Source: Gammaproteobacteria bacterium | GTDB lineage: Bacteria > Pseudomonadota > Gammaproteobacteria > Arenicellales > Poriferihabitantaceae | Direction of reading: 5' to 3' | DNA length: 64,000 nucleotides | NCBI GenBank assembly: GCA_028817405.1 | Contig: JAPPPS010000105.1 | Span: forward strand, 6,757-70,756 | Part shown: positions 8,915-20,048 of the stretch, in pieces | How the letters are laid out: every line of letters begins with the position of its first letter | Numbering within the stretch: the stretch's first letter is position 1 | Program-made: the position numbers and the translations under genes | The notes under the pieces: generated by a model | What the model was told of the DNA's origin: nothing | Databases searched by the model: none | Seen by the model: the letters and a program-made list of their open reading frames with translations, nothing else

Positions 8915-10433
8915 TCAGCACGCCGTCGCCGAGCGCGGTGACTTCGACCGCGGCAAACTGGCCGCTCGGCGCCGGCGCGCGCGCGTCGAACAGCACCGGA
9001 AAATAGTCGGCGGCGCGGGCGCGGGTGGGGTGGCGCATGGCGGTGATTTCGGGCGCGGCGGCCGTGGCGACGCGGCCCTCGACCAACACTTCCAGCCGCG
9101 CGCCGATGCGCCGCTTGGCGACCCTTTCCCACACCGCCCGGCCCATCGCGCGCACTGCCGCGGCGCGCCGCTTGCGCTCGGCCGGCGGCACTTGGCGCGG
9201 CGGCGGAATGCGCGCCGCCGGGGTGCCGCGCCGCGGCGAATACGCAAACACATGCGGCCAGGCGATTTCCAAGTCGTCGACCGCGGCCAGGGTGCGGCGA
9301 AACTGCGCATCGGTCTCGGTGGGGAAGCCGACCAAGATGTCCGCGCTCAAGGTTAAATGCGGCGCGGCGCGGCGCAAGGCGGCGATGCGTTCATAAATCA
9401 TGTCGCGGTTGGCGCGGCGCCTCATGCGCTTGAGAATCAGCGTGTCGGCGCTTTGCAGCGAGAGGTGCAGTTGCGGGCAGAGCGCGCCGGCGGCGATGAG
9501 GTCGATGAGGGAGTCGGTGATGTGGGCCGGGTCGATGGAACTCAGGCGCAGGCGGACATCGCCGGCGATGGTTGCCAGGCGGCGCAGCAATGCGGCCAAG
9601 GGTTCGCCGCTGTCGGTGGGGAAATCCGCGCCAAAATCGTCGCCAAAATCATCGCCGTACGAGCCGACATCGACGCCGCAAATCACCACCTCGCGGAAGC
9701 CGTTCGCCGCCAACTTTTCCACTTGCGCGCATACCCTATCCGGCGGAAACGAGCGACTCGGCCCGCGCGCTTGGTGGATGATGCAAAAGGTGCAGCCGCG
9801 GTCGCAGCCCTGCTGCACCTGCACGAAGGCGCGCGCGCGGCCGTCAAAACCGCCGAGCAATTCGGACGGCAAACTGAGGTCACGGTCGAGCGCGGCGAAA
9901 TCGTCGACCACAACTTTCGGCACGCTTGGCGGCAACTCGCCGGTCGATTCGCCGGACAATTCGCCGGCTGATTCACCGGCCAATTCACCGGCGCCGGCGA
10001 GCAACGGGCGCAATAACGCCGGGATATCGAGTTTGCGCGCGTTGCCGACGACCGCGTCGACGCCGGGAATGGCGGCGCAGGCGGCCGCGTCCATCTGCGC
10101 GTAGCAGCCGGTGACCACGATGCGCGCAGATGGATGGCGGCGAATCGCGCGGCGCACCAACTGCCGCGCCTGGCGGTCGGCGGCGGCGGTGACGGTGCAG
10201 GTGTTAATCAGGCAGAGGTCGGCCGCGGCATGCGCGTCGACGCGGCGGTGGCCCTGGCGGCTGAGTTGCTGCGCGAGATGCTCCGACTCGAAACTGTTGA
10301 CCTTGCAGCCGAGGGTGAAAATGGCGAACCGCTTGGGGGCGGCGACGGTGGTGGCAGTGGCATCGGCGGCGGCCGGCGCGACGGTTGATTCCGGCGACGG
10401 CCGCAACAGCGGATTAACGGCGACGGAAACCAT
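8895..10433 (-). CDS. mtaB: radical-SAM methylthiotransferase, MtaB-like (MiaB/RimO family)
   Basis: N-terminal '[13 protein letters not shown]' (MtaB-type UPF0004 domain), radical SAM 'CDRGCTFC' and a TRAM-like C-terminus. In-frame repeats [20 protein letters not shown] and [12 protein letters not shown]. Confidence 0.85.
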   Translation of the reverse strand: MVSVAVNPLLRPSPESTVAPAAADATATTVAAPKRFAIFTLGCKVNSFESEHLAQQLSRQGHRRVDAHAAADLCLINTCTVTAAADRQARQLVRRAIRRHPSARIVVTGCYAQMDAAACAAIPGVDAVVGNARKLDIPALLRPLLAGAGELAGESAGELSGESTGELPPSVPKVVVDDFAALDRDLSLPSELLGGFDGRARAFVQVQQGCDRGCTFCIIHQARGPSRSFPPDRVCAQVEKLAANGFREVVICGVDVGSYGDDFGDDFGADFPTDSGEPLAALLRRLATIAGDVRLRLSSIDPAHITDSLIDLIAAGALCPQLHLSLQSADTLILKRMRRRANRDMIYERIAALRRAAPHLTLSADILVGFPTETDAQFRRTLAAVDDLEIAWPHVFAYSPRRGTPAARIPPPRQVPPAERKRRAAAVRAMGRAVWERVAKRRIGARLEVLVEGRVATAAAPEITAMRHPTRARAADYFPVLFDARAPAPSGQFAAVEVTALGDGVLIARQRA

Positions 10434-10549
10434 CGTCTCAAACGGTGGGTACGGCGGCGATGCGCACGGCGGCGGGCGCGACGGTGGCGACGGTGGCGGG
10501 CGCGACCGCCAGAGCCGCGGCGGTGAATGCGGCGACCGGGCGCGGTCCC

Positions 10550-10879
10550 TTAATTAACAGTGAAACTCTCGCCGCAGCCGCACTGCTCGGTCACATTCGG
10601 GTTTTTGAAGTGGAACGCCGCCGACAGGCCGTCCTCGATGTAGTCGATTTCGGTGCCGTCGATGAATTCCAAATCCGCGGCCGCGACGATGACTTGCACC
10701 CCGCGACTCTCAAACACGCGGTCGGCGTCGCCGGCCTCGCGCGCGTAGTCGAGGTGGTACGCCAGCCCCGAGCAGCCGGAATTCTTGACGCTCAAGCGCA
10801 ACCCGCGCAACCCCCCGCCGCGCGATTGCAAGTGAGATTTAACCCGCGCAGCCGCGGGCGGAGTGAGGGTGATGGACAT
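10550..10879 (-). CDS. iron-sulfur cluster insertion protein, IscA/ErpA (HesB) family
   Basis: 109 aa with 'GCSGLAY' and the C-terminal 'CGCGESF' cysteine ligands. Confidence 0.9.
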   Translation of the reverse strand: MSITLTPPAAARVKSHLQSRGGGLRGLRLSVKNSGCSGLAYHLDYAREAGDADRVFESRGVQVIVAAADLEFIDGTEIDYIEDGLSAAFHFKNPNVTEQCGCGESFTVN

Positions 10880-11016
10880 GGGATTCGTGGAATGGCGGTT
10901 AACGATGCGCGGAAGTTACCACACCGGCGCGCGGCTGTCATGCCGGTTTGCGGCGGGGGCGCGCATCGCTTATACTGCCGCGCAAATTTCTTTTGTCCGC
11001 TTGGGGGCGGAGCGCG

Positions 11017-11448
11017 ATGCCGTTTTATGAATACCGCTGCGAATCTTGCGGCCATGAGTTGGAGGCGCTGCAGAAAATCGCCGATGCGCCGCTGGTTTAT
11101 TGCCCGGAATGCGGCGAGGCGCGGCTGAAAAAGTTGGTGTCGAAGTCGGCGTTTCGCCTGAAAGGCGGCGGCTGGTATGCGACCGACTTCAAGCACAGCG
11201 GCGCGCGGCCGGGCAAGGATGGCGCGTCCAAAGACGACTCCAAGGACGGCGACTCGGCGCACGCCGGCGGTAAAGGCGGCGACGGTGATGGCGACGGTAA
11301 AAGCGGCGGTGGCGGCGACGGTAAAACCGGCGACGGTGGCGGCGACGGTCGCGGCGGTAAAACCGGCGGCGACGGTGGCAGCGACGGTGGTGGCGGCAAA
11401 ACCGCGGGGCAGTCGACGGCCGCGGAGAAGTTGCAAAAAAGCGCGTGA
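11017..11448 (+). CDS. FmdB-family zinc-ribbon protein with a Gly/Asp-rich C-terminal tail
   Basis: 'MPFYEYRCESCGHELEALQ...YCPECG' CxxC...CxxC ribbon. ATG at 11017. The tail GDGDGDGKSGGGGDGKTGDGGGDG is encoded by a GGCGAC/GGTGAC array. Confidence 0.85.
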   Translation: MPFYEYRCESCGHELEALQKIADAPLVYCPECGEARLKKLVSKSAFRLKGGGWYATDFKHSGARPGKDGASKDDSKDGDSAHAGGKGGDGDGDGKSGGGGDGKTGDGGGDGRGGKTGGDGGSDGGGGKTAGQSTAAEKLQKSA

Positions 11449-11570
11449 CGCGGCGCGCTGAATCGTCCAAATTACCGTCGCGCCACCGCTGAACCTTTAC
11501 CTTAGCTTTCGCCAACAGCCGCCACCGTCGCCATCAAGCGTCGCCGCCCTACCCTATTTCCGCCCCCGCC

Positions 11571-13373
11571 ATGCGCACCCATTTAAGCGGCCAATTGCGC
11601 CGCGCCGACATCGGCCAGCGCGTCTCGCTGGCCGGCTGGGTGTTGAACCGCCGCGACCACGGCGGGGTGATTTTCATCGACTTGCGCGACCGCAGCGGCG
11701 TGGTGCAGGTGGTCGCGGACCCGGACGCGCCGGGGCCGTTTGCGGTGGCCGACAAGGCGCGCGCCGAGTTCGTGCTGCGCGTGGAAGGCGCGGTGCGCGC
11801 GCGGCCGGACGGCACCGTCAACCCCGACTTGCCGAGCGGCGACATCGAGGTGGCGGCGCAAACCATCGAGTTGCTGAACCGCGCCGAGCCGCTGCCGTTT
11901 CAAATCGACGACGAGGATTTGAGCGAGGCGACGCGCCTGAAATACCGCTTCCTGGACCTGCGCCGCGCGCCGATGCAAACCGCGCTGCGCCTGCGCCACC
12001 GCGTGGTCAGCGCCATCCGCGGCTTCCTCGACGCGCGCGATTTTGTCGACATCGAAACGCCGGTTCTCACCCGCTCCACCCCCGAAGGCGCGCGCGATTA
12101 TTTGGTGCCGAGCCGCACCCATCCCGGCGCGTTTTTCGCGCTGCCGCAGTCGCCGCAGTTGTTCAAGCAACTCCTGATGGTCGGCGGCTTCGAGCGCTAT
12201 TACCAAATCGCGCGCTGCTTCCGCGACGAAGACTTGCGCGCCGACCGCCAGCCGGAATTCACCCAGTTGGATGTCGAGATGGCGTTCGTCGACGAGGCCG
12301 AAGTGATGGCGTTGATGGAGGAGATGCTGCGCGAGGTTTTTGAACTCGCGGCCGGCGTCGAGTTGCCTGCGCCGTTGCCGCGCATGACTTGCGCCGAGGC
12401 GCTGGCGCGATACGGCAGCGACCGCCCGGACTTGCGCGTGGATTTGGAATTGACCGAGTTGACCGACTTGATGACGACGGTGGAGTTCAAGGTGTTCTCG
12501 GGCCCGGCCAGCGACCCGACCGGGCGCGTGGCGGCGTTGCGCGTGCCGGGCGGCGGGGCTGACGGTGGCGACGGTGGCGCCGGCATCTCGCGCGCGCAAA
12601 TCGACCACTACACCGAATTCGTCGGCCGCTTCGGCGCCAAGGGCTTGGCGTATATCAAAGTGGGCGACGCATCGGCCGGGCGCGACGGCTTGCAATCGCC
12701 GATTCTGAAATTCCTGCCGGACCAAGTGCTGGCGCAAATCCTCGAGCGCAGCGGCGCGGCCAACGGCGATTTAATCTTCTTCGGCGCGGACAAAGCGGCG
12801 GTGGTGAACGCCGCGCTCGGCGCGTTGCGGGTGGAAATCGGCCGCGACTTGTCGCTCGCCGCGCCGGGCTGGCGGCCGCTGTGGGTGGTGGACTTCCCGC
12901 TGTTGGCGTGGAACGAAGATGCGAAGCGGTTTGAAGCGCAGCACCACCCGTTCACCGCGCCGCGCGCGGCCGACATCGAGGACTTGGAAAGCGCGCCCGA
13001 GCGGGTACTGTCGCGCGCCTACGACTTGGTTTTGAACGGCGTGGAAATCGGCGGCGGCTCGATTCGCATCCACCAAGCCGAGTTGCAGCAGCGCGTCCTG
13101 GCAACGCTCGGCATCGACGCGGCGCAGGCGCGCGCGCAGTTCGGCTTTCTGCTCGACGCGCTGCAATACGGCGCGCCGCCGCACGGCGGCATCGCTTTCG
13201 GCATCGACCGCATCGCCGCCATGTTGGCCGGCGCCGACTCCATCCGCGATGTCATCGCCTTCCCCAAAACCCAAAGCGCATCGTGCCTGCTCACCGAAGC
13301 CCCGGGCGCCGTCGACGCCGGGCAATTGCGGGAGTTGGGGTTGCGGGCGGCGAAAACGCGGACCGGGAAATGA
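11571..13373 (+). CDS. aspS: aspartate--tRNA ligase
   Basis: 600 aa. OB-fold N-terminus '[22 protein letters not shown]', '[18 protein letters not shown]' and the 'GGGSIRIH' class II motif 3 region. Confidence 0.97.
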   Translation: MRTHLSGQLRRADIGQRVSLAGWVLNRRDHGGVIFIDLRDRSGVVQVVADPDAPGPFAVADKARAEFVLRVEGAVRARPDGTVNPDLPSGDIEVAAQTIELLNRAEPLPFQIDDEDLSEATRLKYRFLDLRRAPMQTALRLRHRVVSAIRGFLDARDFVDIETPVLTRSTPEGARDYLVPSRTHPGAFFALPQSPQLFKQLLMVGGFERYYQIARCFRDEDLRADRQPEFTQLDVEMAFVDEAEVMALMEEMLREVFELAAGVELPAPLPRMTCAEALARYGSDRPDLRVDLELTELTDLMTTVEFKVFSGPASDPTGRVAALRVPGGGADGGDGGAGISRAQIDHYTEFVGRFGAKGLAYIKVGDASAGRDGLQSPILKFLPDQVLAQILERSGAANGDLIFFGADKAAVVNAALGALRVEIGRDLSLAAPGWRPLWVVDFPLLAWNEDAKRFEAQHHPFTAPRAADIEDLESAPERVLSRAYDLVLNGVEIGGGSIRIHQAELQQRVLATLGIDAAQARAQFGFLLDALQYGAPPHGGIAFGIDRIAAMLAGADSIRDVIAFPKTQSASCLLTEAPGAVDAGQLRELGLRAAKTRTGK

Positions 13374-14632
13374 ATACAATGGCGCGCAAACCTGTCCCCA
13401 AAAACAAACTGTATGTCGGCGACAATTTGGATGTGATGCACGGCATGAATAGTTGCACGGTGGATTTGATTTATCTCGACCCGCCGTTTAATTCCAAGCG
13501 CATGTATCGCGCCCCCATCGGCAGTTCGGCGGACAAAAAGGCCGCAAAGAAAGGCCGACAAGTCGGCTTCCACGACATTTGGGTGTGGGAGAAGGATGTC
13601 GACATTCGACTGCTGTCTTTTTACGAGAGTCATCCCGACTTGTTCACCTACATCGATTTGGTGGGCAAGATGAACGGCGCGTCAATGAAAACCTATTTGA
13701 CTTTTATGGCGCAGCGGTTGATTGAAATGCACCGCATTCTTAAGGACACCGGCAGCGTCTATTTGCACTGCGACCCTTATGCCAGTCACTATCTGAAACT
13801 TTTGATGGACGAGATTTTCGGCAAGCACAATTTTCTCAACGAAATGATTTGGTACTACACCAACGCGTCCCGCGGCAAAAAGAAACTGGCAAATTCCCAT
13901 GATGTGATTTTCTGGTATTGCAAAAACAACGCTCAATACACTTTCAACCGGGACCGCATCCTGCAGGAATTCGCCAGCGGCATGACCGAGTGGCGGTACA
14001 GCAAAGGCGGGCAGGCCGGGCAAAAAATGCCGAAAGGGAAAACCCCCGACGATGTGTTCATCTTGCCGTCGCTGAACGCGATGTCAAAAGAACGCACCGG
14101 TTACCCAACGCAAAAACCGCTGGCGTTGCTCGACCGCATTATTCAAGCGTCGAGCGTTGAGGGCGACATGGTGATGGACCCGTTCTGCGGCTGCGCGACC
14201 ACTTGCGTGTCGGCGCAAAATCACCACCGCAATTGGATTGGCATCGATTTGGAGGATGTGGCAATCGATTTGGTGGTTGACCGGCTGAGCGAAACCGACA
14301 ACGGTCAAACCACGATTCAGTTCAACGATTTCATCGCCAGCAAAACGCCGCCGGTGCGCACCGACCTTGAGACATTGACCTGGACCAAGAAACGCATTCA
14401 CGCGCACTGCTTCGACAAACAAAGCGGCCGTTGCAACGGCTGCAAGAAACCATTCGAGGCGTATCACTTGGAAATCGACCACATCTACCCTAAGTCGCTC
14501 GGCGGGGCGTGGCTGCTGGAAAACTTGCAACTGTTATGCGGCAACTGCAACCGCATCAAAGGCGACCGCCCGATGGAATACTTGCGCGCGCGACTGGCCG
14601 AACGCCGCGAACGGCAAAAAGCGGTTTTCTAA
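13370..14632 (+). CDS. DNA methyltransferase (beta-class, DPPF) fused to a C-terminal HNH nuclease domain
   Basis: Motif IV '[12 protein letters not shown]' and motif I '[12 protein letters not shown]'. C-terminal HNH: '[25 protein letters not shown]...[14 protein letters not shown]'. The ATG at 13370 overlaps the aspS TGA (ATGA); an alternative ATG lies at 13379. About 50% GC by eye. Confidence 0.85.
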   Translation: MNTMARKPVPKNKLYVGDNLDVMHGMNSCTVDLIYLDPPFNSKRMYRAPIGSSADKKAAKKGRQVGFHDIWVWEKDVDIRLLSFYESHPDLFTYIDLVGKMNGASMKTYLTFMAQRLIEMHRILKDTGSVYLHCDPYASHYLKLLMDEIFGKHNFLNEMIWYYTNASRGKKKLANSHDVIFWYCKNNAQYTFNRDRILQEFASGMTEWRYSKGGQAGQKMPKGKTPDDVFILPSLNAMSKERTGYPTQKPLALLDRIIQASSVEGDMVMDPFCGCATTCVSAQNHHRNWIGIDLEDVAIDLVVDRLSETDNGQTTIQFNDFIASKTPPVRTDLETLTWTKKRIHAHCFDKQSGRCNGCKKPFEAYHLEIDHIYPKSLGGAWLLENLQLLCGNCNRIKGDRPMEYLRARLAERRERQKAVF

Positions 14633-14636
14633 ACGG

Positions 14637-15380
14637 TTAACCGTCGCCGCATTCCGCGCACTGTGGATTCTTCGGCAGTTGCATGCGTTGCCATTCCATG
14701 GCGCGGGCGTCGAACAGCCATACCACGCCGTGCAGTTGACCGTTGCCGAGCAGAATGTTGACGCCTTCCATGGCTTGCATCGCGCCGATGACGCCGACCA
14801 ACGGGGAAATCACGCCTTCCATTGCGCAGGTGGCGGTGTCGACCGAATCGTCCGGATACATGCACCTGTAGCACGGGCTGGCCGGCGCGCGCGGGTCGAA
14901 AGCGGTGACCTGGCCCTCCCAGCGAATCGCGGCCCCGGACACTAACGGCGTGCGGGTTTGCAGCGCCACCCGGTTCATCTCGAATCTGGTGGGGAAGTTG
15001 TCGGTGCAGTCAAGCAGCAGGTCGGCGGCGGCCGCGCCGTCGCGCAAGTCGCCGGCGTCCAGCGAGTAGTCGAGCGTGGCGATGTCGACTTGCGGGTTGA
15101 GCGCGCGCAGGGTGGCGGCGGCCGACGCGGCTTTGAGTTCGCCGATGTCGGCGTGGGCGTGGATGATTTGCCGCTGCAGGTTGGATTCGTCGACGCGGTC
15201 GAAGTCGGCAAGGGTCAAATGGCCGACCCCGGCCGCGGTTAAGTACATCGCGGCCGGCGCGCCGAGGCCGCCCATGCCGACGATGAAAACCCGCGCCTCG
15301 CGCAGTTTTAATTGCCCGGCCTCGCCCACCTGCGGCAGACGAATCTGGCGGCTGTACCGGGTGTGAAAATCGCTTGCCAT
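14637..15380 (-). CDS. MoeB/ThiF-family adenylyltransferase (molybdopterin-synthase adenylyltransferase-like)
   Basis: 'YSRQIRLPQVGEAGQLKL', Rossmann 'VGMGGLGAPAAMYL' and two CxxC pairs (CYRC, CAEC). ATG at 15380; an alternative GTG lies at 15398. Confidence 0.85.
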   Translation of the reverse strand: MASDFHTRYSRQIRLPQVGEAGQLKLREARVFIVGMGGLGAPAAMYLTAAGVGHLTLADFDRVDESNLQRQIIHAHADIGELKAASAAATLRALNPQVDIATLDYSLDAGDLRDGAAAADLLLDCTDNFPTRFEMNRVALQTRTPLVSGAAIRWEGQVTAFDPRAPASPCYRCMYPDDSVDTATCAMEGVISPLVGVIGAMQAMEGVNILLGNGQLHGVVWLFDARAMEWQRMQLPKNPQCAECGDG

Positions 15381-15414
15381 CGAAGCAGTATGCCACACGG
15401 CGCGGGCGCGGGCG

Positions 15415-15423
15415 TGGCATAAT
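15415..15423 (+). promoter_or_regulatory. candidate extended -10 element (TGgCATAAT) upstream of secA
   Basis: tggcataat at 15415-15423, about 47 nt upstream of the secA ATG. No convincing -35 was found. Confidence 0.3.
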
Positions 15424-15469
15424 GCGCGCCAATTAAGCGCGCCACCTAAGCGCGCCGCCCGACGCCTCC

Positions 15470-18223
15470 ATGTTTCAACACGCCCTCAAACGCCTGTTCG
15501 GCGACCGCAACCAGCGCCTGCTGAAAAACATCGGCAAAACCGTCGAGCGCATCAACGCGCTGGAAGCCGGCATGCAGCAGTTGGACGACGCGGCGTTGGC
15601 CGCCAAGAGCGTCGAGCTGCGCGCGCGCATCGCCGACGGCGCGAACAAAGACGACTTGTTGGTCGACGCTTTCGCGGTGGTGCGCGAGGCCTCGGTGCGC
15701 GCGTTGGGCCTGCGTCATTTCGATGTGCAGTTGGTCGGCGGCGTGGCGTTGAACAGCGGCAAAATCGCCGAGATGAAAACCGGCGAGGGCAAAACTTTGG
15801 TCGCGACGCTGCCGGCGTATTTGAACGCGGTGGCCGGGGTGCCGGTGCATATCGTCACCGTCAACGATTACCTGGCGCGCCGCGACGCCGAATGGATGGG
15901 CGCGATTTACCGTTTCCTGGGCTTAAGCGTCGGCGTTATCGTGCCGGGCCAGGACGCGGAGGAAAAACGCGCCGCATACCAATCCGACATCGTCTACGGC
16001 ACCAACAACGAATTCGGTTTCGACTACCTGCGCGACAACATGGCGTTCACCGCCGCGGAACGGTTTCAACAAGGCCTCGGTTTCGCCATCGTCGACGAAG
16101 TCGATTCCATTCTCATCGACGAAGCGCGCACACCGTTGATTATCTCCGGGCCGGCCGAAGAGAGCACCGGCTTATACACCCGCCTCGACAAAATCGCGCC
16201 GCGCCTAGCGCGCCAGCACGGCGAAGACCAGCCCGGCGACTTCACCGTCGATGAAAAAACCCGCCAAGTGTATTTAACCGAACAAGGTTATGAGAACGCC
16301 GAGAAGTTGTTGGTCGACGACGGTCTCCTTCCGCAGGGCGGGAGTTTGTATGAAATCGGCAACATCGGTTTGGTGCATCACTTGTATGCGGCGTTGCGCG
16401 CGCATCACTTGTTTAACAAAGATGTCGCATACATCGTGCGCGACGGCCAGGTGGTGATTATCGACGAATTCACCGGGCGCATGATGGCCGGGCGACGGTG
16501 GTCGGACGGTTTGCACCAAGCCATCGAGGCGAAGGAAGGCGTCGCCATTCAGCAGGAAAACCAAACCTTGGCGTCGATAACTTTCCAAAACTATTTTCGC
16601 TTGTATGACACGCTGTCCGGCATGACCGGCACCGCCGACACCGAGGCCCCGGAGTTTTTGCAAATCTACCGTTTGGAAGTGGTGATTATCCCGACCAACC
16701 GGCCGATGATTCGCCGCGACGACGCCGACTTGGTGTACCGCAGCGTCGATGAAAAGTTCGCCGCGATTATCGACGGCATCAAAGCATGCCGCGCGCGCAA
16801 CCAGCCGGTGTTGGTCGGCACCGCGTCGATTGAATCCTCCGAACGGCTGTCGTCGCTGCTGCGCGCCGCAAACATCGCTCACCAAGTGCTGAACGCCAAA
16901 CATCATGACCGCGAAGCGCAAATCATCGCCGAGGCCGGCCGGCCCGGCAGCGTGACCATCGCCACCAACATGGCCGGGCGCGGCACCGACATCGTGCTCG
17001 GCGGCAACCTCGAACTGGAACTGGCGGCGCTGGAAGACGACGCGCAACAAACCGCGGCGGCCGCGGCGAAGGCGGCGTGGGAAGAGCGCCACGCCCAAGT
17101 CATCGCCGGCGGCGGCCTGCATGTGCTCGGCACCGAGCGCAACGAATCGCGGCGCGTCGACAACCAGTTGCGCGGTAGGTGCGGCCGCCAAGGCGACCCC
17201 GGCTCGAGTCGATTTTATCTGTCGCTGGAAGACAACTTGATGCGCATCTTCGGCTCCGAGCGCATCGCGGGCTTGATGCAAAAACTCGGCATGGAAGAAG
17301 GCGAGGCCATCGAGCATCCGTGGGTGACGCGCGCCATCGAGAACGCGCAGACCAAAGTCGAGGGCCACAACTTCGACGCGCGCAAACAACTCCTTGAATA
17401 CGACGATGTCGCCAACGAACAGCGCAAAGTGATTTACCAGCAGCGCGACATGCTGATGGAAACCGACGACATCGCCGACACCGTCGCCGACATGCGCGGC
17501 GAAGTGTTGGGCGGCGTCATCGCGCGCGGCATTCCGCCCGGCAGCATGGCCGAGCAGTGGGATGTCGCGGCGCTGGAACGCGACTTGGAAACCGAGTTCG
17601 GCATGAAGTTGCCGTTAACCGACTGGCTCGACAACGACGATTCGCTGCACGAAGAAACATTGCGGCAAAAAATCGAGACCGAAGTCGACGCCATGTTCGC
17701 GGCAAAGGAATCGCAAGTCGGGGCCGCGGACATGCGGCATTTCGAAAAGGCGGTGATGCTGAAAGTGCTGGACGAGCAGTGGAAGGAGCATCTGTTTAAC
17801 ATGGACCACCTGCGCCAGGGCATTCACTTGCGCGGTTATGCGCAGAAGAATCCGAAGCAGGAATACAAGCGCGAGGCGTTCGAGATGTTCACCGCGTTGA
17901 TGGACAATGTGAAGTTTGAAGTGACTTCGCTGCTGGCGCGTTTGCATATCCCAAGCGAAGAAGAAATTCGCGCGCTCGAAGCGCGGCGGCGATTGCAGTC
18001 GATGCGTTTCATTCACGCCGACGCCGAAGCGCCGGCCGCGGATGCGGGGAACGCCGGCGCGTCGCCGCGCATGGCCCGGCCGGCCGGCGCGCGCGCCGCC
18101 ATGCCGTCACAAACCGCGCAGCCGGCGCAACCATTCGTGCGCGGCGGCAAAAAAATCGGCCGCAACGCGCCGTGTCCATGCGGCTCGGGGAAGAAGTACA
18201 AACAATGCCATGGGAAAATGTGA
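15470..18223 (+). CDS. secA: preprotein translocase ATPase SecA
   Basis: 917 aa. Walker A 'MKTGEGKTL', DEAD-like '[19 protein letters not shown]', and the C-terminal zinc motif '[14 protein letters not shown]'. Confidence 0.98.
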   Translation: MFQHALKRLFGDRNQRLLKNIGKTVERINALEAGMQQLDDAALAAKSVELRARIADGANKDDLLVDAFAVVREASVRALGLRHFDVQLVGGVALNSGKIAEMKTGEGKTLVATLPAYLNAVAGVPVHIVTVNDYLARRDAEWMGAIYRFLGLSVGVIVPGQDAEEKRAAYQSDIVYGTNNEFGFDYLRDNMAFTAAERFQQGLGFAIVDEVDSILIDEARTPLIISGPAEESTGLYTRLDKIAPRLARQHGEDQPGDFTVDEKTRQVYLTEQGYENAEKLLVDDGLLPQGGSLYEIGNIGLVHHLYAALRAHHLFNKDVAYIVRDGQVVIIDEFTGRMMAGRRWSDGLHQAIEAKEGVAIQQENQTLASITFQNYFRLYDTLSGMTGTADTEAPEFLQIYRLEVVIIPTNRPMIRRDDADLVYRSVDEKFAAIIDGIKACRARNQPVLVGTASIESSERLSSLLRAANIAHQVLNAKHHDREAQIIAEAGRPGSVTIATNMAGRGTDIVLGGNLELELAALEDDAQQTAAAAAKAAWEERHAQVIAGGGLHVLGTERNESRRVDNQLRGRCGRQGDPGSSRFYLSLEDNLMRIFGSERIAGLMQKLGMEEGEAIEHPWVTRAIENAQTKVEGHNFDARKQLLEYDDVANEQRKVIYQQRDMLMETDDIADTVADMRGEVLGGVIARGIPPGSMAEQWDVAALERDLETEFGMKLPLTDWLDNDDSLHEETLRQKIETEVDAMFAAKESQVGAADMRHFEKAVMLKVLDEQWKEHLFNMDHLRQGIHLRGYAQKNPKQEYKREAFEMFTALMDNVKFEVTSLLARLHIPSEEEIRALEARRRLQSMRFIHADAEAPAADAGNAGASPRMARPAGARAAMPSQTAQPAQPFVRGGKKIGRNAPCPCGSGKKYKQCHGKM

Positions 18224-18263
18224 TGATGTTTTGTCAAGCGTTTTTTAACCGCCACTCCGGCGA

Positions 18264-18327
18264 CAGCCGGAGTCCAGCGTCTTTGCCTTCCATGGCGTCT
18301 GGATTCCCGCGTCCCAGCGGGAATGAC
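18264..18327 (+). repeat. REP/MITE-like palindromic element, short form
   Basis: cagccggagtccagcg ... cgtctggattcc form imperfect inverted arms. They are followed by a perfect 8-bp stem attcccgc (18303-18310) / gcgggaat (18317-18324) and then TGACGG. It shares its termini with the element at 48992-49103. Confidence 0.6.
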
Positions 18328-19603
18328 GGCGGGGGCAACCGTCGTGAATAAATCCCCGCTCGCGCCGGACGCGTTTCCCGACCTGCCGGCGGTTGCCGGG
18401 GTGCGCTTGGCGACGCTTGAGAGCGGCGTGAAATATCATGGCCGCGATGATTTGCTGCTGGCGGTGGTGGACCAAGGCGCGGCCGCGGCCGGGGTGTTGA
18501 CCAAGTCGAGCACGCCCGGCGCGCCGGTGGTGTGGTGTCGCGAGCGGCTGCAAGCCGGCAACGCGCCGCGCGCGCTGCTGGTGAACGCCGGCAACGCCAA
18601 CACTTTCACCGGCGCCAACGGCGCGCGCCATGTGTATGAGACTTGCGCGGCCGCGGCGAAACAATTGAACTGCAGCCCGGAGCAAGTGCTGGCGGCGTCG
18701 ACCGGCGTCATCGGCGAACCGTTGCCGGTAAAAAAAATCATCGACGCGATGCCGCGCTTGGCGAAGGCGCTCGCCGCCAATTCCGATTCCGCCGACTCGG
18801 CCGCCCCCGCCGACTCGGCCGCCTGGTCGCGCGCCGCCGCGGCGATTCTGACCACCGACACTTTCGCCAAAGGCGCGACCGCCACCGCCGCCATCGACGG
18901 TGTTAAGGTAACCATCAACGGCATCGCCAAAGGCTCCGGCATGATTGAGCCGAACATGGCAACCATGTTGGCGTTCGTTTTCACCGACGCGGCCGTTGAG
19001 CCGCCGGCGTTGGACGCTTGTTTGCGCGCGGCGGTGGCCCAATCATTTCACTGCATCACGGTCGACGGCGACACTTCCACCAGCGACACCGTGCTGCTGT
19101 TCGCCACCGGTGCGGCCGCCAACCAACTCGCGACCGGCGTCGCGCTTGACGATTTCCAACTCGCGTTGAATCGAGTATGCGCCGACCTCGCGGTGCAAGT
19201 GGTGCGCGACGGCGAAGGCGCGAGCAAGTTAATCACCGTGCAAGTGCGCGGCGGCGAAGACGATGCCGCGGCGCAGCGCATCGCCAAGTGCATCGCCAAC
19301 TCGCCGCTGGTGAAGACCGCCATCGCCGGCGGCGACGCCAACTGGGGGCGCGTGGTCATGGCGGCCGGCAAGTCCGGGCAGCGACTCGACCCGGCGCGCT
19401 TGCGCGTCGCCATCGGCGGCGTCACGGTGGCCGCGCATGGCGCGCGCGTCGATGACTACAACGAAGCGCCGCTGAACCAACACTTGCGCGGCGACGAAAT
19501 TCTCATCGAAGTCGATGCCGGGGTCGGCGACGGCCGCGCATGCGTTTGGACTTGCGACTTGACCCGCGGCTACATCGACATCAATGCCGACTACCGCTCC
19601 TGA
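18323..19603 (+). CDS. argJ: bifunctional ornithine acetyltransferase / N-acetylglutamate synthase ArgJ
   Basis: 'GMIEPNMATMLAFVFTDA' autoprocessing region and 'SCDLT.GYI.INA.YRS'-type C-terminus. The start is uncertain: the ATG at 18323 lies inside the repeat element, and an alternative GTG lies at 18344. Confidence 0.9.
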   Translation: MTAGATVVNKSPLAPDAFPDLPAVAGVRLATLESGVKYHGRDDLLLAVVDQGAAAAGVLTKSSTPGAPVVWCRERLQAGNAPRALLVNAGNANTFTGANGARHVYETCAAAAKQLNCSPEQVLAASTGVIGEPLPVKKIIDAMPRLAKALAANSDSADSAAPADSAAWSRAAAAILTTDTFAKGATATAAIDGVKVTINGIAKGSGMIEPNMATMLAFVFTDAAVEPPALDACLRAAVAQSFHCITVDGDTSTSDTVLLFATGAAANQLATGVALDDFQLALNRVCADLAVQVVRDGEGASKLITVQVRGGEDDAAAQRIAKCIANSPLVKTAIAGGDANWGRVVMAAGKSGQRLDPARLRVAIGGVTVAAHGARVDDYNEAPLNQHLRGDEILIEVDAGVGDGRACVWTCDLTRGYIDINADYRS

Positions 19604-20048
19604 TTCCCGGCTGCATGTCGCGGTCGGCGTGCTGCGGCGCGGCCGCCGTTATCTGGTCCAACGCCGCGCGCCCGGCACACCGTGCGCCGGGCAGTGGGAA
19701 TTCCCCGGCGGCAAGGTCGAGGCCGGCGAGTCGACGCGCGATGCATTGGCGCGCGAGTTGGCGGAGGAACTCGGCGTCGCTGCATCCCCGTTATGCGCGC
19801 GCCCGCTGCTCAAGTTGCCGTTTGACTACGCGCATGCGCGGGTGTGGCTGGAAGTTTTTGTGGTCGATGAATTCGCCGGCGAAGCGAGCGGCATGGAGGG
19901 CCAGCAAACGCGATGGCGAACCTTGGATGAAATCCGCGGCATGCATGTACTGGCCGCGGTGCCGGCGATTGTGGATGCACTGTCGAGCGATGCGGCCGCG
20001 CAAAACGATTCCCCGCCGGCGCGGAATCAGGAAAACATCGCGGTATAA
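19584..20048 (+). CDS. mutT: NUDIX hydrolase, MutT-like 8-oxo-dGTP diphosphatase
   Basis: Nudix box 'GQWEFPGGKVEAGESTRDALARELAEELGV'. Sits at the secA-(argJ)-mutT synteny position. Confidence 0.85.
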   Translation: MPTTAPDSRLHVAVGVLRRGRRYLVQRRAPGTPCAGQWEFPGGKVEAGESTRDALARELAEELGVAASPLCARPLLKLPFDYAHARVWLEVFVVDEFAGEASGMEGQQTRWRTLDEIRGMHVLAAVPAIVDALSSDAAAQNDSPPARNQENIAV

